Source of the DNA: Octopus vulgaris
Taxonomy: Eukaryota
Direction: 5' to 3'
Assembly: GCA_951406725.2 (NCBI GenBank)
Contig: OX597833.1
Coordinates: 63,178,001 to 63,242,000 of the forward strand
Length of the DNA: 64,000 bases
In this document: positions 13,023 through 25,700 of the stretch, one piece after another
How positions within the stretch are numbered: the first letter of the stretch is position 1
Layout: each line of letters opens with the position of its first letter
Notes under the pieces: model-generated
Database searches by the model: none
What the model saw: only the letters and a program-made list of their open reading frames with translations
What the model was told of the DNA's origin: nothing
Program-made: the position numbers and the translations under genes

Positions 13023-13025
<3 letters not shown>
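12213..13025 (+). mobile_element. Longer P2 copy (pyrimidine-rich body plus P2 terminus) in (TA)n
   Basis: The 3' ~280 bp is homologous to the other P2 copies; TA arrays on both sides. Confidence 0.6.
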
Positions 13026-13072
<47 letters not shown>

Positions 13073-13451
13073 GTGTGTGTGTCTCTCTCTCTCTATATAT
13101 ATGCACATACATTATACACCATCTTGAACTTGTAGCAGTCATTGCATGTGATCAGCGTAGCAGGTTTTATCGTGTGTTTTCATCAAGAAATATTTCAATG
13201 TTTTCTTTCTTTTCTCTTCTCTTTTTTCTCCAACTTTTCCCAGAATCCCCCACCCCATCAACCCAACCCCATCACTCTGCAACCTTTTCCCCATTTTATT
13301 TCAATTCCAACATTGGTTTGTCTCGTTTTTTCATTTCATTTTTTGTTTTTGTTGTGTGTTTTTTTGTTTTCGTTTTTCAGACTGAATATGTTTATAATGT
13401 AAGACAAATGTCTTTCGTGCGGTAGGTAAAAAAAGACTAAGCATAACTTTA

Positions 13452-13482
<31 letters not shown>

Positions 13483-14544
13483 AATAATAAGAAACCTTTC
13501 CAGAAAACACGTAAACCATCACCAAATTAAAACAAAGATGGAGAAAGCGTGATCCCCTTCCCACCTTCAAAAAAAAAAAGGATCTTAACAAAATACCAAA
13601 TTGATGTTTCTACCAGACAAACGACAACTGGTAGAGTGTACGGCATAGAGTTGTAAGATAAATAACAAGGCCGCAAAATAGCGAGTCAAAAACGAACAAA
13701 ACGGTCTGCGTTAATTCCTAATGGCGTTCGTGTTCCATTTTCTTTTCTTTTCACCGTATAATGGTTTTGTAATTAACTTTTCCTTGTTTTTCTGCCTTGA
13801 ATATATTTACACAACCTTAACCGTATCGACCCCAGTAATTGTCTAGTAATTTTTTCCTTGTTATTTCTTGTTGTTTAGTTCAACGTCGGTCATGACGAAG
13901 CAGGCCAACATTGTTATCAAAAATCCGTTCCGTCCGCGGCCATCCCATCTCCATAAGCTGTATTAACGATACGGCTATATCAGCCTAGACGCAATTTTGT
14001 TCGCTAAAATTACAAACAACACCATGGGTTCTTGTTAGATTTATAGATTTATCCAGGGATGATTCTAAGTAGTGACGAGACACAACATATACCAAAACAA
14101 CGGTGTCCTAGTGTCTCTTATACTTTTGTTATGTGTTATGAACACATACTATATTCTCCAGCATACAAGTCGATGCACTATTAAGTGTCAACATGTATAA
14201 ACATCCAAACATCACCACTACCTTTCCAAATTCTGCTGCATTTCATATAGAAGTTTTGGTTCTCCAAAATCATTTTAACCTTTAAGTCAATCTATCTTTT
14301 TTGGCTGTAAGTCTTTGTCTAAAAAGTTCGTCTTTTCAGAAGAAGCTATTTTCTTGTGATGAACACTACAGCATTTAGCATATTAACGTTCGATTCTGCA
14401 GGAACTGATTGGTTTAAAATCTTAGCACAAGGCCTGTAATTTCAGGGAAGGTGTAAGTCGATTACATCCAACTTAGAGTTCAAATGGTATTTATTATAAA
14501 GAAGAACATTGGCTTTTGCTTGATTTATTGGTCCGGTTGAATAC

Positions 14545-14590
14545 TTCTGACTGACGAGACAGAATATGCCGAAACACCAGTTTTCCAGAA
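14545..14590 (+). ncRNA. Candidate hammerhead ribozyme (canonical core)
   Basis: TTCTGA-CTGACGA-GACA-GAATA-TGCC-GAAA-C-ACCA-G-TT-TTCCAGAA. Stem II has one mismatch and stem I is bulged. Confidence 0.4.
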
Positions 14591-15223
14591 TCACTTTTAT
14601 TAATGAATCGAACGTGTAATAAGCACACATTCGTCGTAAAAGAGAAGCTGTTCTCCTGTGACGAACCGCAGCGATTAGCCTATCCAAGTTCGAATCTACA
14701 GTATATATTAGGAATAAATTTGGATGTTGTGATTCATATGACATGCAAATAGGGGTGCATTTGTTGGACACATGTGAGTATACATGGTAGACAAATGGTG
14801 CAATATCTGTTCCACACATGATGATGCATATGGACAGGTACATGGAGAAGAACGTGGCGAATATCACGAGGTGTAAATTTTGGTACACCTGTTGTGCATA
14901 TGATGATGCAAATAATAAGCCCATGGTGAGGCATATAGAGGTGCACATGGGGTACACATGGCAACTCACATAATGCGAAAATTGCGGTGCGTCTGTCGTG
15001 CACATGGTGACCCATGGCTCTGTACACGGTAATGCACATAATATGCACACGTTAATTGCAGTTGGTGTTGCATAATGAAGCAGGCTCCAAAAACAGAATA
15101 ACACAAAATAGGAATGTAATTGCATGAAACGATAAGATATTCGTGTCGCAGACATGGTTCCATGGAATTTTGCCAAAATATTGCAATATACGTCACAGGT
15201 CAACATAAAAAAAAATTTAATAT

Positions 15224-15224
15224 C

Positions 15225-15294
<70 letters not shown>

Positions 15295-15316
15295 GCAACA
15301 ACAACAACAACAATAA
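15224..15316. repeat. (CAA)n microsatellite
   Basis: Directly visible. Confidence 0.95.
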
Positions 15317-15644
15317 CGGTAGCAAGGACAGAAACAACGAAGTTATTGTAATGTCTATTTGCAACATGGCGGAAAGTTTTTCAATGAGGTGGAAGAGGAA
15401 CTGGTGGTGGTGGCGGTGGTTGTGGTTGTGGTGGTGGTGATGGTGGTGGTGGTGGTGGTGGGAGGGAGACGGACTTGAAGGAAATGTACAAGATGTTTTG
15501 CGAATTTCACAGAAAAATATTCAATTTAGAGAACTCGAAAAAAAAAATTCTTCGTTTCTAATATTTTACTGTATTTGTCGAGACAGCAGAAATACAGGAC
15601 CATTACACACACACATATTTATATACACACACACATTTATATGC

Positions 15645-15684
<40 letters not shown>

Positions 15685-15744
15685 ATGTCTCCTTTCAGGT
15701 ATTTTTCAAACTATAACCAAAAATAATAAATATAACAAGGGTGA

Positions 15745-16120
<376 letters not shown>

Positions 16121-16198
16121 AGAAATGTAGTTTGCTGTGTTATTAAACATGGCGGACAGCATCATGTGTTTTCTTTCAACGTTGAAATAAGTATAAAA

Positions 16199-16240
<42 letters not shown>

Positions 16241-16364
16241 GCATGGACATACACACCCGCATATATACATATACACATATATATGTATATGTGCACATAG
16301 ACGTACATGTATATAATATATATATATAAATATAAATATATGTATATATATGTATATATATATA

Positions 16365-16435
<71 letters not shown>

Positions 16436-16748
16436 ATACGAAAAGATAGGGACAGAGAGAGACATGCAGACACACAGACAGAGAGAGTGGTGAGGAAGAT
16501 GTAAAACCTTATATTAAGCCATGAAAATCTCCATCAATTGAATTTGTTGTTTGTGATTAAATTCTGTTGGTCCAAAATATGTTTGGACGTTGCATAAAAC
16601 TTCATATTCAATTACTGAGACATTCGTTTTTGCTTGTTTGTATCTTTTATATTTAATTGGTAGTTTGGATAAGCTCCACGTTTTCTTTATTTTTCACCTT
16701 TATCGAAAGAGCTGTGGATATGTGCATATATGTATGTGTGTGTATATA

Positions 16749-16810
<62 letters not shown>

Positions 16811-16909
16811 TATACACATATATTTACATATATATGTGTATATATACATACATATATATATATATACACATACATACATATCTATCTATCTATATACATA
16901 TCTATACAC

Positions 16910-16941
<32 letters not shown>

Positions 16942-17083
16942 ACACACACACATATATACACACAAACATACACATACTTGTAAATTTAAACACTAACATA
17001 TATTTACATAAATACGCATTATATGTTCATATATGCACATATGCACACACACATATATGTATATATGTATGTTTTTGTGTTTG

Positions 17084-17130
<47 letters not shown>

Positions 17131-17210
17131 ATATAATATAATATAAAGAAAATGGAGACTGTGAACACAGAAGTAAATGAATTTATTTACATAATAATCA
17201 ATTTCATGTC

Positions 17211-17299
17211 GTCTACGCACGTTTCAATTTCTCGCCTTCATTCATATATTACAATTAAAATTGCATTAAGAATTGAAAAGGTAAAAATCTCTTCAGGGC
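17211..17299 (-). ncRNA. Candidate hammerhead ribozyme with long stem II, in a TA-abutting element (~17127-17360)
   Basis: Minus strand reads GCC-CTGAAGA-GATTTTTACCTTTTCA...TGAATGAAGGCGAGAAATT-GAAA-CGTGCG-TA-GAC. Confidence 0.6.
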
Positions 17300-17414
17300 A
17301 AAATTGACATATATTCATTGACATCCTAATGGATAGAGAATTCCTTACAGACTGAATAGTAGCATGTGTGTCTGTGTGTGTGTGTGAGCATGTCTGTCTT
17401 TGGTTTCCGTTCTT

Positions 17415-17597
17415 GTGCTACGTAAAAAGCACCCTGACGAGTGGTTGGTGTGAAGAAGGGCATCCAGCTATAAAAATCCTGTCAAAGCAGTCACAGAAGT
17501 CTGGTGCTGGCTTCTACCTTGTCGGCTCCTGTCCGACTGTCCCACCCATGCCAGCATGGAAGGCGGGTATCAAACGATGATGATGAGGATGATGATA
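17415..17597 (+). mobile_element. SINE 3' half with RTE-like tail
   Basis: AAGGGCATCCAGCTATAAAA body, CCCATGCCAGCATGGAA and a (TGA)n tail. Confidence 0.6.
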
Positions 17598-17617
17598 ACA
17601 TTATTGCTCGTTCGTTC

Positions 17618-17864
17618 GTAGTGTGTGTGTTTTGTTCATAAGCCAATCTGCTGCGGGATAACGTCTGGGATAGCTCCCCGCACAATGTTGCGTGTTAAAG
17701 ATCACCCGAATCCACGTTTCAAGCAATCGTGAATTCAATCCGGGGAGAGTTATCTCGCTGGCCTATGACATTCAGGTGATCGCTGACACTCAGCGTTTTC
17801 CAGCGAGTTATCTCAGGCACGATTTCGCAGCAAACCGGCTTATAAGCAAAAAAATATACGTTAC
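17618..17864. mobile_element. Putative MITE with ~45-bp imperfect TIRs
   Basis: Left ATAAGCCAATCTGCTGCG versus right-end reverse complement ATAAGCCGGTTTGCTGCG, extending outward. GAGTTATCTC occurs twice internally. Confidence 0.55.
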
Positions 17865-17894
17865 AAATGTGCGACCGATAATGTTTACATTACT

Positions 17895-18250
17895 AGTGTC
17901 TTCTACTATAACCTCGGGCCGACCAAAGCTTTGTGACTGGATTTGTTTGACGGAAACTGAAAGAAACCCATCGTATATACACACACACACACATATGTGT
18001 GTGTGTGTGTGTGTGTATGTGTGTGTGTATCTATGTGTGCGTGTTTCTATCAGCGTTTTTCCCCCTCACCACCGATTGACAAGCGGTGTTGGTGGGTTTA
18101 CGTCCACGTAACTTGGCGGTTCGGCAATAGATACCGATAGAATAAGTACCAGGCTTAGAAGATAAGTCCTGAGTCGATTCCTTCGACTAAAACCCTTCAA
18201 GGAAGTACCCCAGCATGGACACAGTCTAATGACTGAAACAAGTAAAAGAT
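17895..18250 (+). mobile_element. SINE family B, 5'-truncated
   Basis: GTGTCTTCTACTATAACCTCGGGCCGACCAAAGC...microsatellite...AATGACTGAAACAAGTAAAAG. Confidence 0.85.
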
Positions 18251-18262
18251 TGAAAAGACATG

Positions 18263-18357
<95 letters not shown>

Positions 18358-18561
18358 AATATGAATGTATAACGATAATCAGTTTGCATAATGTGGTATT
18401 TCGAGTTAAAAATTTTTTATCACACAAAAAGAGTTTTTTTTATTTTACATAGAAAAAATTTAATTCGAATTATCATATTATGTAAATTAAATTTTATTCA
18501 TTTTATATGAAAGTATTATAAGGCTTCTGTTTTCGTTGTTTGTTACAAATGAAAGCATGTT

Positions 18562-18900
18562 CAACACCACCACCACAACAGCCACCACCACCACCATCAC
18601 CACCACCACCACCACCACCACCACCACCACCACCACCACCACCACCACCACCACCACCACCACCACCACCACCACCACCACCACCACCGCCACCACTACC
18701 ACAACCACCACCACCTCCTTTACCAGTACCGCCGCAAAACCACCATCACCACCACCGCCACCTCCACCACCACCATCACCACCAGTACCAATACTACCAT
18801 CTCCCTCACCCTCACCATCACCACCACCATTACTACCTCGCCACCACGCTCCCCGCCACCCCACCCAGCCCCACCATTACAGCTTCCCCCCCACCCCCGC
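18562..18900. repeat. (CAC)n low-complexity tract
   Basis: Directly visible. Confidence 0.9.
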
Positions 18901-18979
18901 CACCTGTTCGACCACATCAAAGACCGAGAATTGTTGAGCCAACGCCGCAAACAGACCTGACTTATTTATTCTCAACCCA

Positions 18980-19200
18980 AATGCCACGTGTTGCGTAATA
19001 TTTGCCTGTGTTCTTGTGACAGGATCAGCAAAGTCGTGGAAGAATCGCGTGATTCTTTGAAGATTCTACGGATGCATAATGGGAATTGATTGAGGTTTCC
19101 ATTGTAAAATGGCCAAATATCGGAATGAATAGCCGTGCCAGGAGGAATATATTTTTCAATAATTACCAACGATGTTATTGCGGTAGAAATCTGGAATAAT
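18980..19200 (-). pseudogene. Merlin (IS1016/ISXO2-like) DDE transposase fragment
   Basis: Frameshifted PD.STAITSLVIIEKYIPPGTAIHSDIWPFYNGNL...NH...FADPVTRTQANI..TW matches the Merlin motifs (PGTxIHSDxW, VNHS..FVDP.TG.HTN.IE..W). Confidence 0.75.
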
Positions 19201-19538
19201 TATGGTAAATCCAATACTGTTTACTGGATGAATTCCATATCAGCGTCACCGTTTCTCAAAGACTATTTTCTATCTTTTATTTGTTTGCAGTCTTTGAACA
19301 TCGAGCGGCCAAACTGGGGCACCGCCTTGAAGGGTCTTAATCGTACAAATTGGCCATAATGCTTATTTAAAAAAAATTCTATCGGTTACTTCAGCAGATT
19401 ACCTGACTGGAATGTAAACGAACCAATACCGGTTCTTAAATTGCAGTGGACCAAACACACACGCGCACACACACACACATATTGTTGACCTAAGAATTAC
19501 GTATTTTCGAGAAAAATGTGAAATTATTCTTTTTGGAA

Positions 19539-19648
19539 CAGTCAATCTCGAAGCGCATAAAGCTGTAAATACTTGCATTATAGGAAAAGTATTTTACAAC
19601 CTAATATTTGAAGGTTATCTTTTACACCATTATGTGCTTCGAGATCCA

Positions 19649-19651
<3 letters not shown>
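19539..19651. mobile_element. Small Tc1/mariner-like MITE
   Basis: CAGTCAATCTCGAAGCGCATAA ... TTATGTGCTTCGAGATCCACTG inverted termini, with TA on the right. Confidence 0.55.
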
Positions 19652-19689
<38 letters not shown>

Positions 19690-19700
19690 TATATATATAT

Positions 19701-19963
19701 ACTCAAAATAAGCAACAAGAATGACTCCGGTAATTTGGTACGATCGTTTCGTACTACATCATTTTACTAAGTGTTGTAAGTATTACAACAGTTTTAAAAT
19801 GCTGAGCACTCATCCGCCAATTATCGTACCAAATTACCGGAGTCATTCTTGTTTCTTATTATGATTATAATCACCCCACGGATTTATATGGATAACACCA
19901 TACAGAATTCTGGTGCATCTAAATTAAGTACCATATTCATTTGAATCTAAATTTTTGCTGAAC

Positions 19964-19966
<3 letters not shown>
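19701..19966. mobile_element. Fold-back PLE terminus (family P4) in (TA)n with a minus-strand HHR at 19736-19819
   Basis: 38-bp inverted repeat at 19707-19744 / 19823-19860. Minus strand reads TGG-CGGATGA-GTGC...GTAC-GAAA-CGATCG-TA-CCA. Confidence 0.8.
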
Positions 19967-20006
<40 letters not shown>

Positions 20007-20179
20007 TGTATACATATATACAGATATATATATGCATAAATACATAATATACATATACATACATACACACACACACGCACCCACACACCCACACAGAGAA
20101 TCAGCCATTCAACCAATGTAAAGAATTTATCTATGGATATCATCTAGTGAATAATATCGTAATCAAATTGATTCGATTC

Positions 20180-21055
20180 TCTGCTTAAGAGAAGGAAGAG
20201 TGAAATTGTTCGGTTTGCCAAAATTATGCCAAGGGGCTGATTGTAGAACGCATCAGAAACTGCTTATATCAAAGATGAAATTAAAATTGAAGAACCAGAA
20301 ACAAAAAGAGAAGCCTCAGAGATGTATTCCTTAAGCATTAGCAAAAAAATTACGTCATGGATGTTAAAGAATCGCTTTATAACCATTAATTACTTTGGCA
20401 GATGTCTTGAAGAGTTATGGAAAGAAATGGAAGGCGTTCTTTCAAGAGGCAGTAAGAAATCATTTTAAAAGAATTACAAGAAATGGAAAAAGGAAAAGAT
20501 GGAATCACAAAATGAGTTTCATCAACAACAATAGGAATCGCAGAAAAACGGCAGCAGGCAGAAGTAGTAGAATATATTGGATAGATTGAAAAGGGAATTC
20601 CATGTTGCAGCCAGAAAAAAAAAAAAAGGTAATTATTTGAAGGAGGAATGTAAAAGAGCAGAAGAAAATCAACAGAATGGAAGGATTCGAAGCCACTCCA
20701 AGAATATAAGGGAAATTATTGGAATGTTTGTCTCTAGAATCGGATTTGTTATGTAAGTGATCGGCGATACCATTATCGTACACAATGGAATGAATAAACG
20801 GAAGAGTTGCACAAAAGAGATGTGTAACACCGCGAAGAATTTAACATCAATGACGCGAGAGAACAAAACCAAAACACAATGGAATCAGAAATAGGTTGGA
20901 CAATTTCTTGAAGAAGGGACAAGAGGAAGCACAACATTCCGATGGCATTCTCATTGAAAACAGTTGAAAACAGCGGACATAGATACCATTTATTATTGAA
21001 TCTTTTACAGAACTTTGACAAAATATTCAGAAGACTAACCAATTGCCAAGAGAGT
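20180..21055 (+). mobile_element. Decayed RTE-clade LINE fragment (endonuclease-RT linker)
   Basis: A-rich, stop-ridden frames with W(N)E*TEELH and AQHSDGILIE, resembling the RTE W.EYTEELY / KA.G.DGIP.E motifs. Confidence 0.6.
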
Positions 21056-21081
21056 GAAACAAGTCAATATACGCACGCACG

Positions 21082-21182
<101 letters not shown>

Positions 21183-21448
21183 TCATACTTACATATATAT
21201 ACGTAAATGTATATATATATACATATACATATATACATATATGTATACATACATATATGTATACATACATATATTTATTTATACATATACACATATATAT
21301 ACATATACATTTATATATATACATACATATATATGCATGTATATAGATATATATGTATCTATCTATATATCTATACGTAAGTGTGTGTATATATATACAT
21401 GTATATATATATATATACATATATATATACATGTATATACATATATAC

Positions 21449-21517
<69 letters not shown>

Positions 21518-21519
21518 CA

Positions 21520-21551
<32 letters not shown>

Positions 21552-21581
21552 CATACATACATACATACATACATACATACA

Positions 21582-21617
<36 letters not shown>

Positions 21618-21689
21618 TATGAACAAAAATTTAGGCAATTTGAAATAAGTTTGTCGCACATTTCAACTGCTAAAAGGCAAATATACTAC

Positions 21690-21852
21690 AATTACCGTGG
21701 AGAAAAGATATGGTAAAATAGTATGAAAACACCCGGTTTGTTCAATGTCGCAGAAAGTGTACGGGTGGCACGCAAGTGTACGAGTACGAGTGGTTCAGAC
21801 GTTTCCAAGATGGCCAAAAAGAATGTCGATAGTGACGAACGTCCTGGGAGAG
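21690..21852 (+). pseudogene. Mariner transposase N-terminal HTH fragment
   Basis: Frameshifted MSQKVYG...QVYE(YE)WFRRFQDGQK..NVDSDERPGR matches the mariner W..RF..G....D.ERPGRP motif. Confidence 0.85.
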
Positions 21853-22605
21853 GTCGTGTATATACGTCTATATATGTATCTATGTGCGTATATACATGCA
21901 TCTGTGTGTACGTGTCTTTGTGTATGTGTTTATTCCCACCCCAGCTTGACGACCGGAATTGGTTTGCTTAGGCGGCGAGCTGGCAGAAACGTTAGCGCGC
22001 CGGGCGAAATGCTTAGCGGTATTTCGTCTGCCGCTACGTTCTGAGTTCAAATTCTGCCGAGGTCGACTTTGCCTTTCATTCTTTCGGGGTCGATAAATTA
22101 AGTACCAGTTACGCACTGGGGTCGATGTAATCGACTTAATACCTATGTCTGTCCTTGTTTGTCCCCTCTATGTTTAGCCCCTTGTGGGTAATAAAGAAAT
22201 AGGTAATAAAGAAATAGGTATTTCGTCTGCCGCTACGTTCTGAATTCAAATTCCGCCGATTCGACTTTGCCTTTCATTCTTTCGGGGTCGATAAATTAAG
22301 TACCAGTTACGCACTGGGGTCGATGTAATCGACTTAATACCTATTTCTGTCCTTATTTGTCCCCTCTATGTTTAGCCCCTTGTGGGTAATAAAGAAATAG
22401 GTATTGGTTTGTTTACGTCGCTCTAACTTAGTGTTTCGACAAACGAGACCGATAAAATAAATACTAGACTTAACAAAATAAGTACTGGGGGCGGGGGGGG
22501 ATGGGGGTGGCGTCTGTTCGTTCGACTAAATCTCTTCAGGGTAGTGCTCCAGTATGGACGTAGTCAAAGGACCAAAGCGAGTAAACGATAAAAAAATAAA
22601 GGATA
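21853..22605 (+). mobile_element. Old SINE B 3' half interrupted by a tandem SINE A dimer (21971-22402) with a 13-bp TSD
   Basis: ATTGGTTTGCTTA (21958-21970) and ATTGGTTTGTTTA (22403-22415) flank both A units. Confidence 0.85.
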
Positions 22606-22769
22606 AAAGTAACAGGACTCGAAACCTTTATTCAGAAAACGACTTTACAGAATCTGGGGTTATTGAACGGTTTGCAGTCAGTCGAAAAAAAAAAAAACAA
22701 AATGGGGGTTAGACACAATTTCTTGTTTTTCTTCTATACTTTTCAAGTATGTGTCATAAAAATACGGTG

Positions 22770-23312
22770 AAGAAAGATCGATGAGTCGAGATGGAAGAAT
22801 TTAAAATGGCGGCCGAGACGATTAAGAGTGTAAAATAGACGGATATCACAGCTTTGTTGGTAGAAAATAAAGGCGATATGAGAATAATGCTGAATAATGT
22901 AAGAGAAGAAAGTACAAAGACGAGATTGAAAGTATAATATCACGATTTATTAAAGTTATTTGGACTTTAGATTTAAATGTATTTGAGGTGAGAGATCAGA
23001 CGGTAGTTGTAGTGAATAAGTTCTTGGATACAAGGTTGAAAGAAAAGGAAGATGGAAGATGCTGAAAAGAAATTGAAAGAAGAATTGCTCTTGGAATAGC
23101 TGCCATGATCAGACTACGGAAAATTATGAAAGATAAAAGAACGTCGCAGAGAAGAAAAGAGATATTGTTAAAATCTATAGCATATCTTGTAAGGATAGAT
23201 GGACGGATGGACGGACGGACGGACGGATGGTTAAAGCGGGAGAATTTTACATACGAAGCTGAAGGAATATTGGTGGACTTGTGATATATGGTGTGGGAAA
23301 AGATTATTGAAA
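22770..23312 (+). mobile_element. Decayed RTE-clade LINE fragment (RT C-terminal region)
   Basis: MLNNVREESTK..., KEIERRIALGIAAMIRLRKIMKDK..., typical of the RTE EIxRRIA motif. Same strand as 20180-21055. Confidence 0.65.
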
Positions 23313-23315
23313 AAG

Positions 23316-23765
23316 AAGGCAGTTAGCTTGCCGAATCGTTACCGCGCCGGACTAAATGCTTGGAGTTACTTCTTCCGGTTCTTTTAACGTTCTGGTTGCA
23401 GATTCCGCCGAGGTTGATTTTACCTTTCATCATCTCGAGCACTGGGTTCAAATAATTGGCTTGCTCCTTCCCTTCCCCTCAAATTTCAGGTCCTGCGCCC
23501 TTGCAGAAAGAATTAAGGTTGCGAGCTGGTGGAATTGTTAACACGCCGGGCGAAATGCGTAGCCGTATTTTGTCTGCCGTTACGTTCTGAGTTCAAATTC
23601 GGCCGAGGTCGACTTTGCCTTTTATCCTTTCGGGGTCGATTAAATAAGTACCAGTTACACACTCGGGTCGATATAATTGACTTAATCCGTTTGTCTGTCC
23701 TTGTTTGTCCTCTCTGTGTTTAGCCCCTTGTGGGTAGTAAAGAAATAGGTATCTCATCTGTCTTT
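23316..23765 (+). mobile_element. SINE family A copies (one degenerate, one near full-length at 23517-23752)
   Basis: Homology to the other A copies. Confidence 0.85.
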
Positions 23766-23771
23766 AGGTTC

Positions 23772-24050
23772 GTAGAGGCACATGAGCTAGTGGTTAGAGC
23801 AGCGGACTCGCGGTTGAGGGATCGCAGGTTCGAATCTCAAACCGGGTGATGTGTGTGTTTATGAGCGAAAACACCTAAGCCTCCACGCGGCTCCAACAGA
23901 AGGTAATGGCGAACTTCCGCTGACTCTTTCGCCACAACTTTCTCTCACTCTCACCTCTTGCAGCTCACCTGCGACGGACCGGCGTCCCGTCCAGGTGGGG
24001 GAACCTTATGAGCCAGGCATGGCTCGAGAAGGAACAAACAACACCAAACA
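23772..24050 (+). mobile_element. SINE family D
   Basis: tRNA-like head AGTGGTTAGAGCAGCGGACTCGCGG...GGTTCGAATC. Homologous to the reverse complements of 45500-45720 and 47890-48200. Confidence 0.8.
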
Positions 24051-24276
24051 ACAGTACCTAATTCATGTTGAGCGCATACAGACATGCGAATACCAACACA
24101 TGTCAAAATAAACGTACGTGCACGCATTTTGGTACACGTGTATAAGAGATGCTTTCATGAGACGAACACCGCTGTTTAGTTAGCTTTTAAAATTATACCT
24201 GTTTTAATTATGATACATAGATAGCTATTTTGAACTATACATCTTCTATCGTTAAGATCCAAATTCATTCAGGCTG

Positions 24277-24498
24277 CGGCGGCGAATTGGCAGAAACGTT
24301 AGCACGCCGGGCGAAATGCGTGGCCGCATTTCGTCTGCCGTTACGTTGTGAGTTCACATTCCGCCGAGGTCGACTTTGCCTTTCATCCTTTCGGGGTCGA
24401 TAAATTAAGTACCAGTTACGCACTGGGGTCTATGTAATTGACTTAATCCCTTTGTCTGTCCCCTCTATGTTTAGCCCCTTATGGGCAATAAAGAAATA
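24277..24498 (+). mobile_element. SINE family A
   Basis: Near full-length copy. Confidence 0.9.
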
Positions 24499-24504
24499 TA
24501 TCTG

Positions 24505-24669
24505 CAAGATCGTTGACCGTTCACTCACAGCCTAACTATTATCAGTTGCGGCCTATTTTCTCTGAGCAAATGGTATCGATGGATACAAGCAACTGGCGAA
24601 GCTCATTCAACTAAAAATACATATTTAGCAATGTTACTACTTCTGCTATCTAAATCTGCTTTTTTTTTT
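24505..24669. repeat. Unclassified ~160-bp repeat (second copy at 52182-52343)
   Basis: The two copies differ at about 7 positions by eye. Confidence 0.9.
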
Positions 24670-24923
24670 ATATATATAAAAAATTATTTTTCCGATATAA
24701 ATTCTATGACATGCTTTCTCAAGAGGAATACAGCGGTTTAATGGATTTTCAACGATTTAACAGGTTTAAGTGATTTGCAAATGGCTGTTTGTGAAATGTA
24801 GTGTTCTGTTATCTTCATTGAAAATTGAGTATTTCACTAACCGCTATCTCAGGTCTCACATTTCGGACTTTCGGGAACTCAGAGTAATAATTAGGAAAGA
24901 TTTCAGCTTGCTGTTATGTATAC

Positions 24924-25015
<92 letters not shown>

Positions 25016-25227
25016 GTCTCTCTATCTATCTATGTATATATATATATATATATCTGTAAATGTAATATGTGACAATTATTCGGTAGCCATGATAAAACTC
25101 CGAGTTTCCGATGCCGAGGTGGGAATCCACGCTGCCATCTCTTCAGTTATTCGGCCATATATACATACATGCAAACACACACACAAACTCGCACATACAT
25201 GCACATACATATATACACACATACATT

Positions 25228-25321
<94 letters not shown>

Positions 25322-25439
25322 ATTTACTTAAAAGTAGTTTGATTCGTCCCTATGCTCATCACAGGAGCTTAACACGTCAGGGAATCGCCAGTGACTGACG
25401 GGGTTAGCTCTTGAGACGTGCCGACGAATCGGGACACAA

Positions 25440-25700
25440 ACAAACTGCCTTCAAATAAATAACAATATATGTAACTCTTACTAAAGTGCTTTTTTCTTTC
25501 GTTTCTCCACTCAGCCACCCTCCTCCTCTCTCCGTCTTCCCTTCCTTGGACTTTTCCTTTTTTCTATGTTTCTGACGAAGAGCTCCGCTCGAAACATTAA
25601 ATCCTCCTTCTTTCTTTCCTTTCCCGAGCGTCCAATAACACTATACTTGTTCCGCGTCGTCGCGTTGGTGTACTTTCTCTTTGTTCATGTTTGGATTAAC
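25440..25700 (+). mobile_element. PLE terminus related to P1, with a canonical-core HHR (25568-25602), ending in (TA)n
   Basis: GTTT-CTGACGA-A-GAGC-TCC-GCTC-GAAA-CA-TT-AAAT, then GAGCGTCCAATAAC similar to the P1 tail. Confidence 0.75.
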
